From contig NC_043007.1 of assembly GCF_006345805.1 (NCBI RefSeq), forward strand, positions 1,736,001 through 1,800,000: a stretch of DNA of 64,000 nt. Reading direction: 5' to 3'. Positions 53,589 through 64,000 of this stretch are shown here, in pieces (position 1 is the stretch's first letter; each line of letters begins with the position of its first letter). This DNA comes from Octopus sinensis. Lineage: Eukaryota. The notes beneath the pieces are model-generated. The model was not told the origin of the DNA and did not search any database. It saw only the letters and a program-made list of their open reading frames with translations. The position numbers and the translations under genes are program-made.

Positions 53589-54984
53589 ATATATATATGT
53601 ATGCGTGTGTGTGTCTGTCTATTTATATATGTATATATATATATATAAATAAGAACCTGATTGGGAATTTTCATTTTTATGATTTAAATGTGGGAAAAAC
53701 AAATGATATAGTTACATAATTTATGTATTTAAAAAAAAATGTTTATGTTGTTGAACTCTACCTTAGATGGTAATTAATAAAGCACAGTTTTATGATAAAT
53801 AATGAAGTAATACAAGGCACAACATTGCATTAAATATTTCTAATTCTTAAATTTTATGGTTTTTTTATCATTTAATATTATTTCTTTTGTTTGCTTGTTT
53901 GTCCTTTTTTGCTTTTTGTGTGTGAAATGATATCGGAATACAAACTTTAGCTAAAAACCATTCCTGTTGCAATTTACCATAAATAAATATAGATTTGTTT
54001 TTTGTTTTTCTTTTTATTTTAGTTATTGAATGATTTCAAAGATGCGGTGATAATGTTGAAAATAACTTTTGTTTTAGAGGATTCATAATAAAGTCTCGTA
54101 TTATATAAGAAGTCAGTGATGATAGATTGATAATTTAAAAAAAACAACCGCTCATCCTAATTGAAACAGTGGCATTGCTATCATAACATGCTGCAGACAG
54201 TTTCTTAAATGTAAAAAAAAAAATATTTAAAGTAGCAAAGTTATTATTTGATTAGCAAGGTTGTTTGGAAAATTTTCTTTTTTTTTTTGTATATATTATA
54301 TCTACTATTTTTATCTGTCTGTGGAAACACTTCATTTTTGTTCTTCGATTTTCTTGCTTAATTTTTTTTTTTCTTTCTTTCTAATGATGTCTCCAGAGTA
54401 AATATTGCCTTTATATACTCAACTTAATTGAAATACAGATATTATTCTTCGTTTATGATTAAGCTTCTTTCTCTTGTACAGAACTATCCATCTGTAAAAC
54501 ACGTGTTTAGAAGTGCCGGGCCAACTTCTCCATTTCCTAAAATACCACACTTGTGACATTGCGGAACTACACACAAACACACACACACACACATATGCTT
54601 GTATGCACACACTAACACTCACTCATTCTCGCTCGCCCTCTTTTTCCCCTGATAAAATAATAAATGTAGTTGTTTTGAAAATGTTTGATATTTCATATTA
54701 ATTTGGTTAACTTTGTTAACGACTTATTTGATTATGGGTATTTGATATAACAGAAGTTTCAGGTTCAAGCCCATCCCACATCAATATTTCTTTTGCTCCT
54801 TATTATAATCACATCTCAATGTAATTTGCTCCCTATTATAATCACATCTTGCTGTCATTGTAGGCATAGAAGTGGCTGTGTGGTAAGTAGCTTGCTTACA
54901 AACCACATGGTTCTGGGTCTGGGAATCAAAACTGGGATCCTACAACCGCGAGTCCGCTGCCCTAACCACTGGGCCATTGCACCT

Positions 54985-55019
<35 letters not shown>

Positions 55020-55022
55020 AAT

Positions 55023-55195
55023 AAAAAAAGCACCCACTACGCTCACGGAGTGGTTGGCGTTGGGAAGGACATCCAGCTGTAGAAACATTGCCAGATCAGA
55101 CTGGGCCTGGTGCAGCCTTCTGGCTTCCCAGACCCCAGTTGAACTGTCCAACCCATGCCAGCATGGAAAGCGGACTTAAACGATGATGATGATGA
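55023..55195 (+). mobile_element. RTE-type 3' tail
   Basis: Same as ~2895-3058, ends in (gat)n. Confidence 0.8.
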
Positions 55196-55714
55196 TACAC
55201 ACACGCACACACACACACACACACACATATAACCTAAACAAATGACTGAAAAACGTTTTGAGCTGAACACGGGGATCGAACACCCATATCAGCACTTACA
55301 CGGCTCTGCGCACATCCAATAGACCGAAAGGCTCATCTATCAATATCAGTCAAATTTAATATACTGACACTTACTGTCTAGTATTTATATATAAATTCCT
55401 AACCACACACACATACACACGCACACGCACACACACAAAATACATATATACATATATATATGGATTTACACACACATCCATAATATATTTACAAAAGAAA
55501 GTCAGACAGTAACTTTGATGTGTTTTGTTGTTTGTTGGTTTTGTCAGACAGTCTGGAATCTAATGAATCCAGTGAACGGGAAAACTTTGAGTCCCTGCAA
55601 CCTTCACCTTGTAAAAATAGACTTGTTAGCTCACTTGATGTTTTTCTGTGATCCTTTAATGAATTCTTTGAGTCTCCTAATATATAACTACACATAAAAA
55701 TCAATAATTAATCA

Positions 55715-55716
55715 TG

Positions 55717-55760
<44 letters not shown>

Positions 55761-55767
55761 TATATAA

Positions 55768-55798
<31 letters not shown>

Positions 55799-55908
55799 AT
55801 ATTATTATATATATATATATAATAATATATATATATTATGTATTATATATATATATGTATGTATATATATATATATATGTATTATATATATATATATATA
55901 TATGTATG

Positions 55909-55939
<31 letters not shown>

Positions 55940-55955
55940 ATATATATGTATATAT

Positions 55956-56000
<45 letters not shown>

Positions 56001-56254
56001 TGTATATATATATACATATATATACATAATATGTATGTATGCATGTGTATATATGTATATATATATGTTTTGTGTGTGTGTGTGTCTAAATATAGCCAGC
56101 TACTGATGGAACTTCAAAGTCACTATCAGTAAAATTATTAGAAATATTTGACTTTGTACTTATTGTAAATGCTTCCTTCACTTAATATTCAGCAATTTTA
56201 TACTTATAGAAATATCCTTAGACTGTGTGCGTGTGTGTGTGTGTACATGTGTGC

Positions 56255-56289
<35 letters not shown>

Positions 56290-56383
56290 TGTATATATAT
56301 ATACATGTGCACACATGCAGTCATATATATGTATAATATATATAAGGTATCTATGTGTATATATATATATATGTGTGTGTGTC

Positions 56384-56424
<41 letters not shown>

Positions 56425-56450
56425 GCATGCACATACACACATGTGTTTGT
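55715..56450. repeat. (TA)n-rich microsatellite blocks
   Basis: Direct reading. Confidence 0.93.
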
Positions 56451-56849
56451 GAATGCCAGTGAGGTGGGAACCTTTTCAAAATATTAAAAGAGAAATTACG
56501 TCTTTTTGCTTTTTCCTTTTAATCTTTTCCTTTTTCCTTTTGTCTTCAGTCCATCACTTTTAACCCAGTCTCCCTTCCGCTGCTATAAATGGACCAATAT
56601 CTCTCTTTTACACTCCACGCATCAATATAACATCTTATTCTAAAATACAAATATTTTCCCAACTCTTTTACTGGATGGTTTTTATCTCTTTATTTTTTTT
56701 GTTTTTCTTTTGAATAAACAATTTTCTTTGTAGAAATCCAGGGACAAACCTTTAAACCATAGACACATTTCTAGTGTTGGATTCTAATCGATTCCTAAAC
56801 TTGGTATTTTACTTGCTTTCCTACTGTGTTGAACGGCGATTCAGTTTTC

Positions 56850-57235
56850 ATTTCTTTATCTTTTACTTGTTTATGTTGTTGGTCGGAGACCATGCTGGAG
56901 CAATGCTTTGAAAGGCATAGTTTAATGAATTGACTAAAATACTTATTTGTTATGTAATCCTTGCGCTTATCTTATCGGATCTCTTTTGCTGAACCGCTAT
57001 CTTTTACGGATGTAAACAAACCAATACCGGCTGTAAGGCAGTGTGGCCGGTGGCAGGGTGAAATGACACCACACCACACACACACGAATATATACAACAG
57101 GCCTCTTTCATCTACCAGATCCATTAACAAGGTTTTGGTGAATCTGGAGACACTTGCCAAAGGTGCCATGCTGTGGGATTGAACTCAGCACCATGTGGTT
57201 GAGAAGCAAATCTCTTACCACACAGCAATGCCTGT
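56850..57235 (-). mobile_element. SINE family A, diverged
   Basis: Direct similarity to other copies. Confidence 0.78.
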
Positions 57236-57975
57236 TTTCTGAGCAAACCATATATATATATATATGTATTATATATATATTATATATATATTATTAATAT
57301 ATATATTATATATATATATATTATATATTATTACATATATTTTTAATATATATATTATATATATATTATATATATTATATATAATAATGCTTATTGGCTT
57401 TGAAATATCTCTTGGATATTCTCATTTCATGTTCGCCATAATTGCCTTCTTCAGTCCAGCTGTGGCCACCATTTGCTAGATGACATATACTTAATAAAGT
57501 TGCATAGATTTATCTCTTCTCTTCAGAATCATTTCCTGCGTTAAGCCCTAAACCTAATCATATCTTAATTTTGTGTACGTTTCCATACGAGCATTTGTTC
57601 GTAGAAGTCTCAACAATTCTCCCAAGATTTCCTCAATCATTCAGATTGACGCCTTTCTTACATTGACCTTCCATATTAGTTAAAGTAATTGAAATCGTTG
57701 CTTGCAATCTCTTATTTGATGATAAATCAATAAATATCTGTGATTAGAAGGATGGACAGATAATCATAAAATGAAGAAGATGTCCACATAAAACCAAACT
57801 AGCTTCTCTGAATTATTCTACCCTCTTAGAAAATTTTAAATGTTTTGACATTTCTGTCTTGGAAGTAGCCCCGAAATTAATTCAGTCATTCACTTATTTC
57901 CCATTCATGGTGGTCAGGGCTTTTGTTTCTTCTCAAATTTATTTCTCTTAAAAAATAATGTGAAATATTTGGATA

Positions 57976-58380
57976 GGTGCAGGAGTGGCTGTGTGGCAAG
58001 TAGCTTGCTTACCAACCACATGATCCCTGGTTCAGTCCCACTGCGTAGCACCTTGGGCAAGTGTCTTCTGCTATAGCTTCAAGGCTGACCAAAGCCCTGT
58101 GAATGGATTTGGTAGATGGTAACTGAAAGAAGCCCATCATATATATATATATATATATAACACACATGTATTTGTTTGTGTATCTGTGTTTGTCCCCCCA
58201 CTATTGCTTGACAACCGATGTTGGTGTGTTTATGTCCCTGTAGCATAGCAGTTTGGCAAAAGAGACTGACAGAATAAGTACTGAGCTTACAAAGAATGAG
58301 CCCTGGGGTTGATTTGTTTGACTAAAGGTGGTGTTCCAGCATGGATGCAGTCAAATTACTGAAACAAATAGAAAAAATAA
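57976..58380 (+). mobile_element. SINE family A, CpG-decayed
   Basis: Full-length copy. Confidence 0.9.
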
Positions 58381-58639
58381 GAGTATTTTTTCTTTTTTTT
58401 CATAATTACTGGTCTATTTATTTTTATATCTTTTGACCTCCTACCGACTTGCACCAATCAACCAAACTGCCAAAGAACTGAACCTGATTTTTGATGCAAT
58501 TTCCTTTTTTTTTTTTTGTAATCTTTACTTATTGTAATTGATAAAAAAAATATTCAATGTAAATTGGATTAATAAATCTATTTATTTATTTATATATATG
58601 ATGAGTAGGCAGAGTGAGCTATGAACCAATGTGCTAAGG

Positions 58640-59390
58640 TTTTTGGACATCACTTATGTAACATATGACGAGACAAAGTCTGAAAGCCTGACGTCTTAAG
58701 AGTATATTTTCAATAACTCTTGCAGTTCTTTCAGATATCTTCCTCTGCATTTCTTCAAGTTGTTGTCCATCAACTATTTCAGCAACTATTATTTCTCTTC
58801 TATTGAACAAAAGTATTGCATGTACACCATGATCTTGTTCTTCATTATGCATTTGGGCCTTTAGCAAGAATGTATTAATAAATGTTAAGAAATCTTTTAA
58901 CTGTACTATTATATATATATATAAAAAAATGTGTCAGTAGCCGTAAAGAAATCTTATATAATCTCTGCAGCTTAAGGTTATTCTTAATATATATATATCC
59001 TCAAAATATCTGCTTTCTATATTTTGAGTATCCTCTCACTATTTCAGTCAGTATCCTATTTTAATAACCAATACAAAAATATTGTGTTTTTTTTTTTTTC
59101 ACTTTTTTTTTTCACAGTTTTGTACAATATTGTGTTTTTTGTGTTCTCAGTTTTGGCTATCTTATCAAATTCTTTCATAAGGTAATCACATCAATTAAGC
59201 TGCATTTCTTGTCTGTCTTGTTATCTTTGGTTTTTCTCCATTATCTCCAATCTTTTTTAGTTAGATGCATTCCGTGTATAAACATATTTTCAGTGGTATA
59301 TCTACCATCAGTGATCTGCTATCAGCTGCAGTTTTATCTGTCTTACGGAAAGGGTTCTCGCTCAGAAATGTTGATTACTCTTTAAGAGTA
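58640..59390 (-). pseudogene. Possible ancient Dong/R4-like RLE domain relic
   Basis: Scattered motifs DKKCSLIDV and LEEMQRKISERTARVIENIL loosely fit C.LIDV..P and E.Q....GTA.IL..L. Confidence 0.3.
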
Positions 59391-60181
59391 GATAATTTCT
59401 TTTTGATCTTGTACAGTACATTGGCACTGTTTTGTATTGCAGTTTGTGTCTACAGTAGTGTTTTTTTTTTTATTTTTAATATATTTTTACTCATGGGGTA
59501 AAGCAATATCTGTGACCCTTTACAGAGCTTTCAAGTCTGGTGGGAAGGAAAACCATATCCTTAAACTGAAAACTTAACCTAAATACTTGCAACTGTGTAG
59601 ATGCCACTAAAGTCCTCAAGGAATTAGTGTTAAACACAGTGACTGATAATGTCTACCACCCAAGTAAGCCATGGTGGAATTTGGATACGAAAAATGAGGA
59701 GTCTTGATAAATGCCACAGCAGGGCATCCAGTCTGAAGTTCTTCCTGTTCTGCCAGTTTTTAGAATGGTCCTTTTTTTTTAATTTTTATCAACCTCCAAA
59801 AGGATGAAAGGCAAAATTGAGTTTGACAGTATTTCACCTGAGCAGGTGGGGATCTGAAAAAAATATTGCAAATGAAGTGTTTTGTTTGATGTTTTATCTA
59901 ACCTTCCCTCTCGTCTGCTTTATTATCTCTAATGATCAAGATTGGAGCCTGGTGCAGCCATCTGGTTTGCCAGCCCTCAGTCAAAATCGTCCAACCCATG
60001 CTAGCATGGAAAGCAGACGTTAAATGATGATGATGATGATGATGATGAATGAAACTCTTTAGTGCAAATGCCTCTACATAGAAAGATAGAAGCCATAAAT
60101 CACGATAAGAGATCAAGATAATTGTTGGAGCAATCGTTTTGATTGTGAATTTGATCAAGTGCAGTTGCTTTGGAGTTAAAA

Positions 60182-60782
60182 CAAGGGTTCATAAATTGGG
60201 TAGTATTGCCCCCTTGATGTGTGCATGGGGGGAATTCCAAGGGGGCATTGAAGAAAAGTGGGGAGATTATGGGATGGCAATTCATGTAAAAACAACAAAA
60301 TAATGGGTTGATTAGGTTATGTTTTATTTGTGAAATACAGTTGCTTTGGATTTGCTTCAGAAAAGCTGTCTATGTTTGTGGTGTGTGGAGGCACATGGCC
60401 TAGTGGTTAGAGCAGCAGACTTGCAGTTGAGGAATCGTGGGTTTGAATCTCAGACCGGTCGACATGTGTGTTTATGAGCGAAGCATCTTAGCTCCATGCT
60501 GCTCCGGCAAAAGGTAATGGCGAACTTCTGCTGACTCTTTTGCCACAACTTTCTCTCACTCTTTCCTCCTGCATCTTGCAGCTCACCTGCGATGGACAGG
60601 CATCCCGTCCAAGTGGGGAACCTATACTCCAAGGAAACCAGGAAACCAGCCCTTATGAGCTCGGCATGGCTTGAGAGAGAACAATAACAACTATGTTTGT
60701 GGTTGTTAGTTGGTGGGGGGGGTGCTAGAATGTGGCCTGGGTGTCAAGGGGGTGGCAGCTCGAAAAAGTTTGGGAACCACTG
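60182..60782. mobile_element. hAT (Charlie-like) MITE
   Basis: caagggttcataaatt / agtttgggaaccactg ends; 8-bp flanks agttaaaa / ggttaaaa. Confidence 0.75.
60383..60690 (+). mobile_element. SINE family C nested in the hAT MITE, 13-bp TSD
   Basis: ctatgtttgtggt at 60370-60382 and 60691-60703; ctgcgatggacaggcatcccgtcca V-like segment. Confidence 0.88.
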
Positions 60783-62114
60783 GGTTAAAACAACAACACA
60801 CACAGCAGCTGTTTACAATCAAATCACAGTTGATAGACAAAATTTAATTAATATCACAGCCAATTAATATTGTTGACTGTTTGGGAAATCAGAAAGCCAT
60901 ATCTTTCACAGAGCATGTGGTTACTCTTCCTGAAAGAAACAACAGCTAAATCTCCTTCAAATCACACTCTGCCAGAGAATAGTGTCTTCTAAGATGCGCT
61001 TTGCCTGTGAAAATGACAGGATGGGCATGGCTGGAATGTATTTGATCGTAATTCTTCTTGGTTAGAGCTTATCTAGGTCTCAGCAACAGCAGCAGGTACT
61101 TGTAAATTATTCTCATCATTCATGCTGCTGTTGTTGTTGTTGTTGTTGTACACCATTTACTATGGAAAGATTTCTATTAATATTTGTTTTGCATTGTTCT
61201 ATTATGTCAGACCCAACAATAAATTCTATTAAGTCAACATCTTGTGTAACATTCTGCTTTTAATTATCTATCTATCTATATATATATATATATATATTTA
61301 TATGTATGTATATGTGGGGGTATATGTATATATACACACTGACACACACGTACATATACATATTGATACACATGTGTATACATATATACATGAACATGAC
61401 CACACATATACACACATGCGTGTGTGTATATGTATGTAGGATGTAGATTGTTGTATTATAATTTGTTTAATTTGTTATTACATGTAGCGCAATCATATAT
61501 ACATTTTATACTGTCTGTAGATTGGTAGATACAGAACGCTACAACACACACTTATACACACACAGACACACTTATGCATAAACATTTGTCTGTGTGTTAC
61601 TGTCTGAGATATATATACACACACATATATATATATATGTGTGTGTGTATATATACTCACATGTGTATGTATACATATGTGTGTATGTATGTGTGTATGT
61701 ATATATAAATATATATGTGCACGCACCCAAATCTACATATATGTTTCAGAAGTAATTGTTATATATCAGTAAAAACAGAGCTAAACTCTGGAGAAACATC
61801 AGAGCCGAGGGAGTGTCACTTCAGAAAATGACAGATCTTGGTGTAAATTGTCTTCAATACAGAATTTCTAGTTTAATTAAGAAAATCACTGCTGTGCTGC
61901 AGCTAGGAGCTGGCTTCCAGGAAAATCCCGTTATTTATTTATTTTTGTAAAACTTCTCCAGGGATAGAAAGTTGTGATTTTGATCTTTTACATAGTGTCT
62001 AAGACAGATGGAGGCAAAGAAACAACTGTCCTCAGATTGGTGACCTAATCCTTATGCCTATAATAGTGGGGACTCTACTAAGGGTACCAAATGTCATGGT
62101 GGTGGCATTTTCAG

Positions 62115-62520
62115 GTGAGCTGAAAAAAGGCGGCGAGCTGGCAGAAGCGTTAGCATGCCGGGCGTAATGCTGAGCGGTATTTCATCTGCCGCTATGTTCT
62201 GAGTTCAAATTCCGCCGAGGTCAACTTTGCCTTTTATCCTTCCAGGGTCGATAAATTAAGTACCAGTTACGCACTGGGGTAGTGGCATTTTCAGGTGAGC
62301 TGGCAGAAACGTTAGCACGCAGGGCGGAATGCTGAGCGGTATTTCATCTGCCGTTACGTTCTGAGTTCAAATTCCACCGAAGTCGACTTTGCCTTTCATC
62401 CTTCCGAGTCGATTAAATAAGTACCAGTTATGCACTGGGGTCGATGTAATCGACTTAATCCATGTGTCTGTCCTTGTTCGTCCTCTCTGTGTTTAGCCCC
62501 TTGTGGGTAGTAAAGAAACA
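62115..62520 (+). mobile_element. Two tandem SINE B copies
   Basis: Each bounded by ggt(a/g)gtggcattttcag. Confidence 0.9.
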
Positions 62521-62984
62521 GGTAGTGGCATTTTCAGTGATCAATTAGGTCTGCCCCCTGAGAAATAAATTCATGCATCCTTCCACTTTGGCCGGGATGC
62601 ATCATATTAATAAAGTTAATTCTGTCTTTTGTTTACTTTCTCAGTATCTCCAAGACATCCAGATAGGCTCCTTGCATCTTGCAGGGAAGAAGAGTCAGTA
62701 ACAATATTGATTTCAGTTTTTGGCACTAGGCCAGTAATTTCGGGTGAAGCGCAAGTTGATTACATGAACCCCATTGCTTAACTGGTACTGTTTTATTGAT
62801 CCCCGAAAGGCAAGGTTGAACTTGGCAGAATTTGAACTCAGAATGTAGAGACAGATGAAAAGCTGTTAAGCAGTTTTCCCCGTGTGCTAACCATTCTGTC
62901 AGCTCAGCACCTTAGAGTCAGGAAGAATAGAGGCTGAATGATGTAACTATGGATACTTTAAAATATGACTGCTGATTTAAACTA

Positions 62985-63207
62985 ACTTCTTTACTACCCA
63001 GAAGGGGCTAAACACAGAGGGGACAAACACAGGGATTAATATGATTACATTGACCCCAGTGCGTAACTGGTACTTAATTTATCAACCCCGAAAGGATGAG
63101 AGGCAAAGTCAACCTTGGCGGAATTTGAACTCAGAACGTAATGGAAGACGAAAAACGGCTACGCATTTTGCCTGGCATGCTAACTATTCTACCAGCTCAC
63201 CGCCTTA
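62985..63207 (-). mobile_element. Full SINE B with 12-bp TSD; another diverged minus-strand copy at ~62710-62915
   Basis: tgatttaaacta at 62973-62984 and 63208-63219. Confidence 0.9.
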
Positions 63208-63497
63208 TGATTTAAACTAGCAAGAGAAAAATGACCCTGCACACAGTGGAAATAAAATTTTTCGCAATGGGGGAAATATACTTACAAAATAGACTTTGCT
63301 ACTTCAGTGACGTGACTGCCAATTTATGAAGCAATTATGATTTTGGATCGCTGGTTTAAGGACAGTCCAACAAATAGAATTCCACACCATTTCTGCTTAT
63401 CTAGTTTCATTCACAAGGCCCATAAGGTGCACAGGGTTTGGTCCAAGAGCCACAGTGTTCAGATGTGGAAATCTTAATTTCAGGGCCATGCATGTCT

Positions 63498-64000
63498 TGT
63501 GTCTCCTCTCCTGCAAGGCACCTTTTCCTGTGTCTCCTCTTCTGCAAGGCACCTTTTCCTGTGTCTCCTCTCCTGCAAGGCACCTTTTCCTGTGTCTCCT
63601 CTCCTGCAAGGCACCTTTTCCTGTGTCTCCTCTTCTGCAAGGCACCTTTTCCTGTGTCTCCTCTTCTGCAAGGAACACCTTCCTGTGTCTCCCTCTCTGC
63701 AAGGCACCTTTTCCTGTGTCTCCTCTTCTGCAAGGCACCTTTTCCTGTGTCTCCTCTTCTGCAAGGCACCTTTTCCTGTGTCTCCTCTCCTGCAAGGCAC
63801 CTTTTCCTGTGTCTCCTCTCCTGCAAGGCACCTTTTCCTGTGTCTCCTCTCCTGCCAAGGCACCTTTTTCCTGTGTCTCCTCTCCTGCAAGGCACCTTTT
63901 CCTGTGTCCTCCTCCTCTCCTGCAAGGCACCTTTTCCTGTGGTCTCCTCTCCTGCAGGCACCGTTTCCTGTGTCTCCTCTCCTGCAAGGCAACTTTTCCT
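63498..64000. repeat. 31-bp minisatellite, about 16 units, running off the window end
   Basis: Unit tgtctcctc(t)(c/t)ctgcaaggcaccttttcctg; ctgcaagg at 63511, 63542, 63573. Confidence 0.97.

Noticed and set aside
63498-64000. CRISPR-like periodicity (also the 20.4-21.2 kb array)
   Set aside because: There are no unique spacers and no cas genes, and the context is eukaryotic.

Overview
AT-rich eukaryotic DNA that is almost entirely non-coding. It is packed with microsatellites, has one 100-N gap, and its repeat families point to a coleoid cephalopod, most likely Octopus (inferred from repeats only). No complete protein-coding gene is recognisable, and nearly all listed ORFs are microsatellite or SINE read-throughs. 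The window holds three tRNA-headed SINE families (CORE-like, Meta/MESC-like, V-like domains), LINE fragments (RTE, Tx1/L1, Dong/R4-type RLE), a SINE-split mariner transposase pseudogene, hAT/Tc1/piggyBac MITEs, Helitrons and a 31-bp minisatellite. The strongest unannotated signal is a set of type I hammerhead ribozyme (HHR) folds with short, often near-palindromic stem III, of the Penelope-like element (PLE)/retrozyme kind. They occur in three architectures: a canonical HHR with a long stem II next to (TA)n (41.7 kb, degenerate relative at 27.7 kb), two outward-facing HHRs in a 458-bp palindrome (29.5-30.0 kb), and an HHR between 74-bp inverted repeats (1.7-2.0 kb). Secondary signals are a SINE tail apparently shared with a Tx1 LINE, a CpG-retaining central domain and several candidate plus-strand exons. 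All folds and alignments were done by eye.
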